A DNA stretch of 61,502 nucleotides, filler included, from Diploschistes diacapsis (taxonomy: Eukaryota), in the NCBI GenBank assembly GCA_023645945.1. It is 11 parts of 11 records of this genome, joined end to end, with 100 filler letters (N's around TTAATTAATTAA, not from the genome) between each part and the next. Parts side by side here need not be neighbours in the genome. Positions count along the whole stretch, not along the records: positions 47,476 to 50,923 come from JALAIB010001918.1; positions 51,024 to 54,453 come from JALAIB010001919.1; positions 54,554 to 57,982 come from JALAIB010001920.1; positions 58,083 to 61,502 come from JALAIB010001922.1; 7 more parts are not named here. The stretch is one strand, 5' to 3'. The position numbers and the translations under genes were made by a program. Below, in pieces: positions 50,401-61,502 of this stretch (the first letter of the stretch is position 1; each line of letters opens with the position of its first letter). The notes below the pieces were generated by a model. The model ran no database searches, had not been told where the DNA came from, and saw nothing but the letters and a program-made list of their open reading frames with translations.

Positions 50401-50923
50401 TTTTCTATTTTAACCTAGACGACAGCGACATTTTTCGGTATACGCACACGTGGTCGACCATAGTACCAACGCGGTACTAATACGAAACGATATGAATGTT
50501 ATATACACCCTATCGAATCATGTTTAACTAAACCTAATTATCGATTATAATAATAATGACGCCTACGTTACCGATACGAGCTTCAGAGATCTAGCGAGAT
50601 GTCTTTCTATACAATACGAATCTAAAGCTATCTTAACAGACCCGAAGAAGCTCGAAACTAGATTAAATAACGAAATTATAACATACGGACACGAGCACGA
50701 AGTAATAGAGTTATAAGGATTAATTGATAGCTATCTTAATTTATTTATTAACACCGGTAATATCAATATACTAAAGCGACTAAAGATATCACTAATTAGC
50801 GATTAACGAGAGAAATATAACGCTAATACGGCGAAGATATATCTTATTAATAACCGAGATAAGGCCGTAATTGACGAGATCTTCGGTAAATTATAGGATA
50901 AGGACCGAATGGAGTGGATTAGA
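47476..50923 (+). mobile_element. RIP-mutated Ty3/Gypsy gag-protease-RT start
   Basis: gag IGYFD...VYHDPYAFAEKLR...(W)CDSLITRFK, then C2HC-like (C)KS(C)NKAWPSK.KLHTHL, protease L(D)TG...SFI(D)RKFL and VLI(G)IDIL, and RT start KIY...RDKAVIDEIFGKL.DKDRMEW. Confidence 0.85.
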
Positions 50924-53900
50924 NNNNNNNNNNNNNNNNNNNNNNNNNNNNNNNNNNNNNNNNNNNNTTAATTAATTAANNNNNNNNNNNNNNNNNNNNN
51001 NNNNNNNNNNNNNNNNNNNNNNNCCCCCGTCCTGGCTAGCCTCCCGTGTTCCCGTAATCAGCCTTGTCTTACTTACTCTCCAACCTTTTTCTTTCCCCCC
51101 CGTTTCTCCCTCAGAAAAAATCTTTCCCCGATTTCCCCGGGTCGCAATCTCGGACCTAATAAGCAGGCATCCGCAAAACCCGCACTTTTGCTGTTGCTCC
51201 GCGTAGGATCCAGCTCCCCATCCCCCGTGTCCCGCACTTTCCCGCTTCCCCGTACCGTATGAACCGCGGACTACGGACGAGCGGGTTTGTGGATCTGCGC
51301 CGGCTGGAGTGCCAGTTACTTGTTCTGGACACTTTCTGGGCTTTCACCGCCCGAATGTGGAGGGGGGGGCCTTGCGGATTCCATCAATGGCAGCTTGTCA
51401 GAGGCCCAGAGGCCGGTGAGTTGAAATGTGGGATTACTAATCTACGAAATACAGACTCCCCATGGGAGGTAGTAGGTTCAGGATTTGGGGGTTGATGCCG
51501 ACCGGGCTGCGAAAACAGGGCATAGGAGCGAAAATATTGTGCTCCCAACGGCCAGGACTGCCCAGTGGCTAAGAAAAGGAATGTGGTTTTTGCCACAAAA
51601 GATACACGCATCATCGGTAAAGCGAGGATATATGGCTTTCGGTTTCAGCCCTTCCAATTCAATCTCACTCACACTTGGTTTTTGGGCCTTGGCGAGATCG
51701 CCGGATTCTGCCACTAGTGTACGAAGTAGCCAGGTCCGAGCTCCCCCACTTGACAGGTTTCGCGCAAGATCTAGCTAGCTTTCTAGGATCCGAAGTGCCC
51801 CACCGAATAAAAACATGCGAAAAAGTGGCGATGGCGAGGGAACTCTGGCAGTGGCGGTGAGGTTAGTGCATCGCCTTGGCCAGTCCTCGTCGTCGTCGTC
51901 TTGCCTTAGCGGTCTCCTTTGGACCTTTTTTTGGCTTCAAACATAGACGCGTGTACATGGACGGTATCAATAATCAGAGCAGGAAGGCACTGCGGAAAAG
52001 GTAGGGGGCGCGTTGTCTTATGGGGGTCCTTGACTCGTCCAAGATTCAATGGTGCAGTAGGCAGGATAGAGGACGCGCACTCCCTCACCTCTGGTTTATG
52101 TGACCAGCAGTTAAATGCCAGCCCTGCAGCGCCACCCTGCATTCGACCGATGCAAAAATATACGCACAAGCCAGGCGTACCGTACCGATCCCAAGGAGCA
52201 CTTACGAGCTACAGTAGAGATGGGCGTAGAGATAGATACGCGTCTCATCAAACTTGCCCCAGCACCGTGCGGATGCCCCGGGGGTGGACGGGTGGTGGTA
52301 CATCTTACCTGCGAACCGACATCGGAACCCCCTTTTTCCGCGCTATGTTAGCTGCCCCTCCCCCCCCGGGCCTCCAGATCCATATCCGCCCATGGCTCCT
52401 TTTTCCAAGAGCGACTCGCAAAGCAAACTCGCTTTTTCTCATCTTCCAATTTCCCTATTTTACCCCCAACGGCGGAAGCATTTTTTCTCTTTCATCTTTA
52501 ACGATTGCCCCCAGTTGTACGTCTATCAGGGACAGGGACCGCTACCTAGGGTAATGGCGAAGAAGCTACGAGGCTCCCCGTGTCGATCCTTCGTGGGGGA
52601 CGCGGGGAACCGGGGGAAAGGCTGTTGGAGAAAACTATAGCGGACCAAGCGGCCCGTTTGGGCCGGGGAGCTGGTTTCTGGATGGGATCTGCAACGGAGT
52701 TAACAACGGGGGTAGAGAGGTGGGGATTAATGGTAGGATGGGTGAGATGCTCGATAGCGAGGACGGTAAAAGGTCTCGGATTGATTTCAAAGCTTTTTGA
52801 TTCTCTGCTGCCTTTCTTGTGCTTTTCCTCTACGACTTTGTGAGACAGCAATCTCCCGGCCAACAGCCCCCTCTTGCCTTGCTAACCTCGCAGCGTGTCA
52901 GCTAGCCGACAGTCCCCAGACCCTGGCGCAGCCACCTCATCAATGGCTTTTTGTGCGCCTCAGCCCTGACTTACTTTCCTCAAACTTGTAACGTGCCGAT
53001 CAACCGCCATGTTCATCGGAACTAACCTCGTGCTAGGTACTACGATGCGACCGCGCATCTTTGCCAGGAACGAAACGCTTTCCAAGAAACACCCCGCCCG
53101 CGACGACGCCAGTGGCGTTATTCTGTCCATAGCCCACGTGGAACGTTATCTCAGCGTGGCTCCCTCGGCACGTCCTAGCTTTATTCTGCTCGACTGCGCC
53201 GTTGATGGCTCGCTAGAAGCTTGCTGGTTCGGTGGAGCTGCAGCCACCCGAATCCAATGTTAAGGACACCTCGACGCTGACCATGGGCGGGCTGCTATGA
53301 GCTTGTTTCATTAGCATTGTTTGGGTGCGCGGGGAAAAACGATCATGGGGTTGAGACAACAAAACCCGCCCGTGGCTTTGTAAGGACCATGGACAAGAGG
53401 AAGGTGATATCGCGAGGTTGCGACCGCAAAATTTGGAGAGGTTCCGCACGACGGACGGTTCTTGAGACGGGCCGCCGCGTTGCGCATGTTTATGGATTAG
53501 AGTCTGTGAACGCTCTGCAGCATCCGAAGGTCTGCCGCTTGCTTCGTTCGACAACCATAAGTCTCTGCCGCTTGTGGCTCGTTGCTTATTCTGGAGAGGG
53601 GTGCTTCGATGCGAAGCCTTGTCCGTTCGAGGTGCAATACCAAAGCTTGGTGTTTCAAACGGAAAAGAGGTGTGAAGCCGCCACTGACAGTGGTAGCTGT
53701 CGTTGGTTGGACTTTCACGAGGTTGGCCCAGCGTTGAAGGAGCTTCGGAGAGAAGCTTTGCAGCTTATGTTGCTTGCTGAACGCGGAGTGGGAAAGTTAG
53801 TTCATTTTTGACCAGGAGACCCTCTGTGACCGTGTCGTGCGGTACGTGATGGCGGCGGTGCCCTCGATGCAACCCAAACCGTGGGCTGTGGCCGTAGCGT

Positions 53901-54553
53901 CGCTTCCTCCGGATGATTTCGTGCATGAAGATTCAACGTTTCAACCTGGTGGCTGCAGTTGCGCATTCAAACACTTGTCTGCTACAATGTTCTGTGGCCG
54001 ACACGGCGTCAAGTTGCGGTTTCCAAAGGCAGGAACAACAGCCGTATTGAAAGGAGTGGCGGAAGCTTCTAAAATTGAAGGTCTGAAGCCTTGCTTATCC
54101 AGCTCCGCTTCCTTTGCGCCATTCTTCCCGAGCCGTCCCAAAATTGAGTCGCAGTAGGTACAAATTGATAGTTGCTGATCATTGCTGAGATGTCACTCTA
54201 TCCATATGGGTTGCTAAAATGATCGTGTCAGAAAGAACCGTGTCTATCATAACGTGTTTCACCACGAAACGGATCACCCCACGAAGCGGAACACTACATT
54301 ATAATGTAATTGCGCTAGATCGAGCGCTTCCATATTTGTACGAAGCTAAATCTGTTCTCAACCACACTACCCCGTTCTTCGGCCTTTAAGAAATACACTT
54401 TACGAGGGTGCAGGGATTGTGTTCCGCTTTGTGGTGTGTTCCGTTGTGTTGTGNNNNNNNNNNNNNNNNNNNNNNNNNNNNNNNNNNNNNNNNNNNNTTA
54501 ATTAATTAANNNNNNNNNNNNNNNNNNNNNNNNNNNNNNNNNNNNNNNNNNNN

Positions 54554-55032
54554 CTTTCGGCGACAACATGGCACATCACAGCCTGTCTTCAGGATCGGGG
54601 GTTGGCACGATCAATATCTTGATGGACGAAGGCTCCCGCCCTGGCACGCCAGCGATTGAAGTAGGATCTCCTATTCCACCTCCGCCTCCCGCCAAGGACA
54701 GCGGTAACTCACCTCCCCTTCCGCCTCTTCCTCTCTCGGCCGAAAGGTATTCTCCACCCCACAGCGGGCATAGCACCAACGGTGCGATACCTGGCCACTA
54801 TCCTCTACCAGTGTCCAATGGAACAACGCTCAGCAACGAAAACGCTCCTCGCAGCCATAGACGGGATAGAAGTATTGACCAATTTGGAAACAAAATCGCT
54901 CGCATGACTGAGAGAATGCGCAGCACAAGCCGCGGCAGAAACAATGCCAGGTCCCCAAAGCCCGTGGAAGTTCTAAAGCCTAGCCCTTACGAAACCCGAC
55001 TAGAAGGAAAAACCAGCCAAAGCTACTTTTAG
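54554..55032 (+). CDS. 3' end of an unidentified gene (Pro/Ser-rich C-terminus), truncated by contig start
   Basis: Open frame ending ...RSHRRDRS...ERMRSTSRGRNNARSP...SPYET...SYF*, followed by UTR-like sequence. Confidence 0.6.
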
Positions 55033-56102
55033 ATTTACGACAGTATGCCCTTTTTCTCCATTTCCGACTCAATACACACTTATACTATTTCTCGCCACTC
55101 AGACATGTTCTAATTTACAACTGTCACCAAGGAATTAACGATATTTACGACTAGAATTTGCATCTGCTCGACTCCGATTGTTGATACCCTTCTCGCCAAT
55201 CATTAAATCTCTATTTCCCAACTGTTAACAAGCCTAGTCACTGCTTGAAGGCTTTGATCTTGGTCATCACGTTCATATATTATTTTTCGCTGTCGATTTT
55301 CACCATGGCTTCTGTTTTCTTTAACGACCTTACAACTAGACCAGCGCCTCACGGCCTGTACCACTATTGGAACTTGATTCCATGCATAAATTTGGAGCGA
55401 TAATTGCATGACGCGTTGGTGTGTTACGAGGAGATGCATGGTAAGAACACGCCGTGGGTGTGCTGATTACACGAGGTTGAGAACTCGGGGAGGCGCGGAG
55501 CATGAGTAGCGATGTCGCAGGAGATCCTAACAGCGAGGAATATGCTTTTAGCAGCATCAAAAGACGAAGGAGGAAACTAGCCAAAAGTCAATTTCAGAGC
55601 ATCCTGCAGGCGCAGCATTCGTTTCATGCGTTTTGTTTATGGGCGGCACTAGTCATCGTTCTATCTTCAAGCACGAGGAGGTACAGAGGTAGTAGATAGA
55701 ACCTTGAATCAAGCATGATCGGGGTGGCTTTGAACCGACGTTTCCCGCAACCTGAACTACCATTATCGCTTTGATTGTTCTTTCGTCGGATGCAATCAAG
55801 TCACTCCCTCTTGCCAGTTGTATTCACATTACGTAGACATGCCGTGTGTCAGGCAGCTAGCTGGCTACGTTGCAAATTCGTGGTGATGGTCTCGATAACT
55901 TCATCCAAAGAGCAACACTTGCACACTCCCGAGCCCACTTATGGCTCCCCGACTTCTTTTCAATAGACAATACCTACTACAGCGTGACTTCCCGTCGTTC
56001 GCCATACCGCCCATTCGAGCATATATTCGCACCACCCACCAAACCCCTTCTCCTCAATCCAATCCTCTTACCCTCCCCTCCTCCTTCCAACCTCTCACCG
56101 AC

Positions 56103-57982
56103 ATGCCCAACGCCCCAACTCCCTCTTCCCTTTCTCCGCCCTCCATCCCAACCTCCACCGCCACGGTGAGCCTCAGCGTCATCGACAATGGCGCCCGGAT
56201 CCGCAACATCGAGACGTCGCTCCTCTTCGAGGATCCCGTGCCGGGCCACGATACGATGGATGTGCCGTCGTATTGCTTCCTGATCGAGCATGCAAGGTCC
56301 AAGACGAGGTTGTTGTTTGACTTGGGGCTCCGGGAGGATTGGGAGGGAGGGGTTGCCGCCTTTTGGTGAGTGGGGTTTGTGTTTTGGGATGGGAAGGAAG
56401 GAGGGGTTGGGGGGGTGTTGTCGGCATCTAGCCTGGTGTTGTGCTTTATATGTATCATACGAGCCGTGATCTTGTTTTACTGGCTCACCTTCTTACGGTT
56501 TATCTTTCCGTTCTTCATTATCCGTCCCTGATTCTCTCTCCTTTCTCTTAGTTACATCCTACATCCGCTCCTACGGCTGGCGTATCTCCCACAGCCCTTC
56601 CCTACAACCTCAATCTCAATCCCAACCCCGGCCTCCATCATCTCCCTCCCTCTCCTCCCTCCTTTCCCCAAACTCCGTCACGGCCCTCATCTGGTCCCAC
56701 CACCACTGGGACCACGTCGGCAACCCCTCCCTCTTGCCCGCCTCCACCCCGCTGATCGTCGGCCCGGGCTTCAAGAAAGCCCATCTACCCGGACCATCCC
56801 GACGGCGAGGTCAACGCGGCTGCCTGGACAGAGCCAGGGCCGAGGGATGTCTTTGAGCTGGATTTCTCCGCTCCATCATCTTCAGATCTTCTTGGGACCG
56901 CAGGCAGTCACGCCACCAGGGGTCCGAGTGTATCACACACAGACGCGTCTGAGTCTGGGTCCGAGCATACACGGAACCAGGAAGAGAAAGAGACAGAGAG
57001 AAAAAAAATGAATACTTTACCGCAGCCGTCGGCCACGCCCCACGACTGGACGTAGCCGGCCTCGCCGCCATCGACCTTTTCAGCGACGGGAATTTGTATC
57101 TGCTTGACGCGCCGGGCCATACGACGCGGCATGTTTGCGCTTTGGCGCGGACGGGGCCGACCTCCACCGACAAAGCCAGCAACAATATCGATTTTGACGT
57201 CCACGGCCACGACCACGACCACGACCACGACAATGGGAATGGGAATGGAGATGGAGAATGGGATGAAGATGAGAGCAGAGATGAAAGATGCGAGACGTCC
57301 GAGTTCGTCCTGTTGGCGGCCGACGCCCTGCACCACCCCGGCGAGATGCTGCCGGACGCGCACACGCCGCTTCCGCGGGGCGTGGCGGAGGGCTATGGCG
57401 TGCCCAAGGACATACTGGCGCGCACATCCCGCCCTCCTTTCTCTCCCCCGGATGCCTCTCCCTCCACCGAGACCGACAACTCCACCTCAACGATCAAGAA
57501 AGGCCGCGACCTCGAGAGGAGCGACAGAACGGAAGATGAAAAAAGGGGAGAGAAAGAGAAGAACGACAAAAGGGAAAAGGAGAAGACAGGAGGCAGAGGC
57601 AGAAGGAGGAGGAGAAGGAGAAGGAGAAATGAACATGGCTACCCCCTTCCTGACCCCCCACGCCCAGAACCTCCAGCAGGCGCGCCGCACGCTTGAGAAA
57701 TTGGGCGGTCTGGACGCGCGGGCCGACGCGCTCACTATTGGCGCCCACGACCTGAGCGTCGAGGGCCGAAGCCGGGACCGAGACCTGGGCCTGGGCGGGG
57801 ATGGTGTTGGGGGCGAAGGGCGTGGCGGACAGGGCGGACAAGGGGAGGGAAAGTAGGGACGGGCAGCGTGGTCAGGCTGGAAAGAGTCCGGGTGATGAGG
57901 ATGGGCAAGGGAGAGAGGGAAAGAAGAGCGTGAGAAGCAAGGGACTGGCTCTTTTCCCACAACGGGTGAATGGGTGGGAGAG
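56103..57982 (+). pseudogene. Metallo-beta-lactamase-fold hydrolase (AHL-lactonase-like) with multiple frameshifts and low-complexity insertions
   Basis: [29 protein letters not shown] (HxHxDH), LDAPGH...HVCALART, ADALHHPGE, EKL..LDA....IGAHD and FP..VN.W lie in different frames. Confidence 0.8.
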
Positions 57983-58082
57983 NNNNNNNNNNNNNNNNNN
58001 NNNNNNNNNNNNNNNNNNNNNNNNNNTTAATTAATTAANNNNNNNNNNNNNNNNNNNNNNNNNNNNNNNNNNNNNNNNNNNN

Positions 58083-59183
58083 ATTAGACTTGTTACTGTA
58101 TCCTAAACATTACTTTAGGCCCTTTCTAAGTTACCTTAAATTGTTAGTATCTAATTCTTTAGGAGTTCCCCGGAGTTTGGCATTGATGGACTAAATTAAA
58201 CTTGCTTAAGGTTTATTAAATCCTTAAAAAAAACTATTATGTTCTCAATAGCTCTTGAATTAGTAGTATCTAAGATATAATGATTATGTAATTCCTTAAA
58301 TCTAACTGGATTATTAATATGAAGCATCAAGCCTATTCCTTCTAAAACGATTTTGTCTAAATTTTGTGTTAGGCCAAACCCATGCACTATTCTATTAGTA
58401 TCTTTTTTTGTTAAGTAGAAACTACCTTCAGCTTCTATAAATCCAACTAATCAGCTTTTACTCATAACATTGTTAAGTGAATTTACATTGGTTAAAGGTA
58501 AAATAACATTACTTCAGGCAGGTGATACATAATTAACACCAACTATAGAGTTTTTAATCTCTATAAGTTTAACATTTTTGTCCTCCTTATTCATGTTAAC
58601 ATTGTTTAATATAGATAAAGCTTTTTTAAATTTAATATAATCAAAATATTTAGTGGTTAATAATGGGTATTTATCAAATATAGGTACTAAAATAGATTCT
58701 ATTAATTTCCTATCTCTTATAAAGTATTGTCCTTTAGTACCATCTCTTGTTACAGAGCCTACTCCTAATTCTTTTTTAATAAAATATAAAACTCTTAAAT
58801 TATATCTAGATTGAGCTAATTTGAAACTTAAACCTCATTTATCTCCTTGACTAGTAATAGAAAAATTACCATCTCCATCAGTAAATCCTACTAATCACTG
58901 TTCAAATGATGATCTGTTATTATTTTTTTCCTTAACATGCTCTTCGTTAAGTCTCTGATGACTAGTAAATAAACGTTTATTTACTAATCAGGCGCATTGT
59001 CCCCTTGATATTCACATTTTTACATACGTATAATTTAATATAATATGATTAATTAAAAATATACATGAGTAGTAAATTACTTGTAGTACTTCAGCAAAGC
59101 TGATGCATAAATGAGGATGTTCACGCATCGAGAAGAGTTTACTTATTTTTATGTCACCATAAAAAAACTCCCTAATTCCTTTA
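58083..59183 (-). mobile_element. Mitochondrial group I intron at cox1 position 386 (partial)
   Basis: Begins after exon ...GGT TGA ACT CT. Core-like elements gatgcgtgaa, acaatgcgcc and catcagagacttaac. Confidence 0.8.
58196..59183 (-). CDS. Double-motif LAGLIDADG endonuclease/maturase in frame with the upstream cox1 exon (genetic code 4)
   Basis: WLVGFTDGDGNFSI and WLVGFIEAEGSFY, IFDKYPLLTTKYFDY. 329 codons in frame after the split Leu codon; TGA read as Trp. Confidence 0.9.
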
Positions 59184-59288
59184 AGAGTTCAACCTGTCCC
59201 TGCTCCATTTTCTATACCACTAGCGAATATAAATAATATTAAACTAGGTGCCAATAGTCATAAACTTATGTTATTTAGTCTAGGGTAT
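59184..59288 (-). CDS. cox1: cox1 exon (105 nt, between intron sites 281 and 386)
   Basis: (A)[34 protein letters not shown](L). Preceded by an intron-terminal G. Confidence 0.9.
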
Positions 59289-59588
59289 CGTTATACTTAA
59301 GTACTTTAGTACCTAATTGGACCATGTCTTCACCATAACTTTGTATTATGGGCCTCGCGTGTGGCCTCTGAGGATCCTCTTTAAATTAGTTTCCTGCATA
59401 TTCTTCCCATGTACATATTATTTTTACGATTAATTCGGTCAAGTAAATAACCTTATGATTTTTAAATCCAATTAAGTGTAAATATGTCTGTTATCTAAAG
59501 AATTACTTACTTATATTTTCGAGAAATTCCATGCATATAGCGAAGTAATAATATAGAAGCTCACGCTTCTACACGGCATACCCTTGAT

Positions 59589-60434
59589 TTAACCAAAATT
59601 AGATAAGTGATCCCAATTAAAATATACTCTTTTTAAATTCATATTATTTTTATAATCATCTATTTTAATTATACCCTGTTCTGTATAATGTTTATTTTCT
59701 AAAATCAGTATGCTTGCTTTTTCCCAGTCCTTATAATCTAAATATTTATATGAAAATAAAGGAAAGTTAGTAAAATATCATATAATTGTTGCTAAAGATT
59801 TTCTACTTGATGCAGTTATATTAAAATACTCATTGCCTGTAGCTTTTTGTTTTCTGGTGTTTAAATTGCAACCTAATAATTTGGTGATTTTTGTTAAGAT
59901 ATCGAAATAACTTGTCTTGGTAACAGGATCAATCATTCTTTGTTCAATTCTTAACCTGCAAGCAATTTTTCTTTTTTTTGCATTATTTTCCAATTTAGTA
60001 TGTTGAATAGAAAAACTTCCATCTGCATCTACAAACCCTGTCAGTCAGCTATCCTGATCCAAGCCAGTTTTTTTTATATCAAGCTTCACTATTTTAGAAT
60101 TATGATTTTTATTTATCCAATCTATCAATTTATATAATTGATTAATTTTAGGAGTTCTTAATTCTCCGTTTATATATTCAATGATTTGTTTTAACCCTTT
60201 TATAGGACTAATTATTAAAACACAAGCGTTATCTTTAGGTTTATATCTTATATGACCATAACCTATTATGTTCAGTAATTTTTTTGCCAAAGGTTCGTTT
60301 TTTAAGTTAAAAGTTATACAAAATCTAGGGTTATTTCGTTTTTTAACTTTTTCTTTTGGTAATCATATATGACCGTCTCCTTCAAACAAACCAGCTAGAT
60401 ACGAATTAAAATTTCTATTTTTTATAGTCTTCAT
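59589..60434 (-). CDS. Double-motif LAGLIDADG homing endonuclease (code 4), 281 aa
   Basis: YLAGLFEGDGHI and WLTGFVDADGSFSI, LRTPKI, FPLFSYKYLDYKDW, FNWDHL*. Confidence 0.93.
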
Positions 60435-60436
60435 AG

Positions 60437-61502
60437 TTACTTTGTTAAACTTATGTAAACATTTACATAACTATTTATATTTGTATTTAAATCATGTATT
60501 GCATAAAGTGATGAATATAACCCCAGAATCAAAATTAGAATAATAAGCCAAATATAAATAACACTCATTTTTTTATTTAATGTTATAAGTTTGTTGAAAT
60601 AATATTCAATAGATTTATTTAAATCATCACCTAATAACCAAGACAGTTTTAAATTTATATAATCTTTAAAGTGTAATTTAAATATTATTTGTATAAATAA
60701 TAAAATTATCATACTTATACAAACGTAATTTGTTAATTCTAAGTTAAACAACAGGTCTTCCAAAGGACTAGAGGATGTATCATCTATTAATTTATTAATA
60801 CCCGGTCCACCCCTAATATTAGAACTATGGCCAGTATTGGATCCATTATTAAGGCTTTGTTCCATAATTTTATTTCTATTTACAGTAGTTATATTTGAAT
60901 GAAATAATCCACCTATCATACTAGCTCCTACTATTATACCTGCTTTTTGTACAGGAGGAATAGAAGATTTAGCTATAGTTTTACCTACTGCTGTAGCTAT
61001 TCCTGCCATAGTAGCCCCCAAACCTATATTAGAACCAATAGTATTAATACCCTGACCTATAGCTTTACCTGCTTCCTTATCCACAGTAACAAGACCGTGT
61101 AAATTTATGCTATCTTTGTCTTTAATACTATATACCATGTCTGCTAATAATGTATTAGGTAAGTAATATACGTAATACATAACATATACTGGAATAAAAA
61201 CAAAAGAAAATATTTGTAGATATCTTATGTATATGTTAGTCGATAATTTTCAGTCATCTAAATACAATGTAGTAAAACACATTGTAAATAAAAAAGATCC
61301 TATATATGATAAAGGGGATTTTAATATATTGGTTGTATTACCATATTTTATTGATAGATAAATAAGTGTACCTGTACCTGTACCTGTACCTGTACCTGTA
61401 CCTGTACCTGTACCTGTACCTGTACCTGTACCTGTACCTGTACCTGTACCTGTACCTGTACCTGTACCTGTACCTGTACCTGTACCTGTACCTGTACCTG
61501 TA
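60437..61502 (-). CDS. Intron-borne mitochondrial membrane protein of unknown function (5' truncated), with in-frame (Thr-Gly)n
   Basis: With TGA=Trp the frame stays open from the window edge to TAA at 60437. Several hydrophobic segments and a Gly/Ala-rich GLGATMAGIATAVGK..KSSIPPVQKAGIIVGA. Ends 2 nt before the LAGLIDADG ATG. Confidence 0.75.
61367..61502. repeat. Perfect hexamer repeat (TGTACC), at least 22 copies
   Basis: tgtacc repeated without mismatch to the window end. Confidence 0.97.

Larger units (their letters stand above)
59289..61502 (-). mobile_element. Mitochondrial group IB-type intron at cox1 position 281 (partial) with two ORFs
   Basis: Core downstream of the ORFs: P tatatgcatggaa, Q aatatgcagg, R cctcagaggccacacg, S aagacatggtcc, terminal aacG. 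Confidence 0.82.

Noticed and set aside
51024..54453. Many overlapping short ORFs on a moderately GC-rich contig
   Set aside because: No recognisable domain, codon bias or consistent splice pattern; probably intergenic or long UTR sequence. An ncRNA cannot be excluded without an Rfam search.
61367..61502. (TGTACC)n as a telomere
   Set aside because: Not TTAGGG-like, and it lies in frame within a mitochondrial intron ORF upstream of a cox1 internal exon.

Overview
Filamentous ascomycete (Pezizomycotina) sequence, not one contiguous locus. Eleven contigs are joined by artificial 100-bp N/TTAATTAATTAA/N linkers. Contig 1 (1-26061) is gene-dense nuclear DNA with spliceosomal introns: an acetoin/diacetyl reductase-like SDR, SNX4/ATG24, a GNAT-fold protein, a 60-bp-repeat protein, DUF1295, TFIIS, HSP90, PHO4/NUC-1 and a GH76. 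Ten contigs of about 3.4 kb follow. They carry a BYS1-like secreted protein, several RIP-mutated Ty3/Gypsy relics, an intronless chymotrypsin-fold protease with Cys at the nucleophile position, a FLX1-like mitochondrial carrier, a hAT-type MITE, a frameshifted metallo-beta-lactamase-fold pseudogene, and a mitochondrial cox1 fragment with group I introns and LAGLIDADG ORFs. The most interesting signal is in two divergent chromodomain-bearing Gypsy relics. Both carry, between pol and the polypurine tract, an antisense ORF of about 170 codons encoding a Zn2Cys6-like cluster plus a coiled coil. In one element that ORF is followed by a complete 73-nt tRNA-like cloverleaf with A/B boxes and a T-run. 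All assignments are by eye, from motifs; no searches were run.
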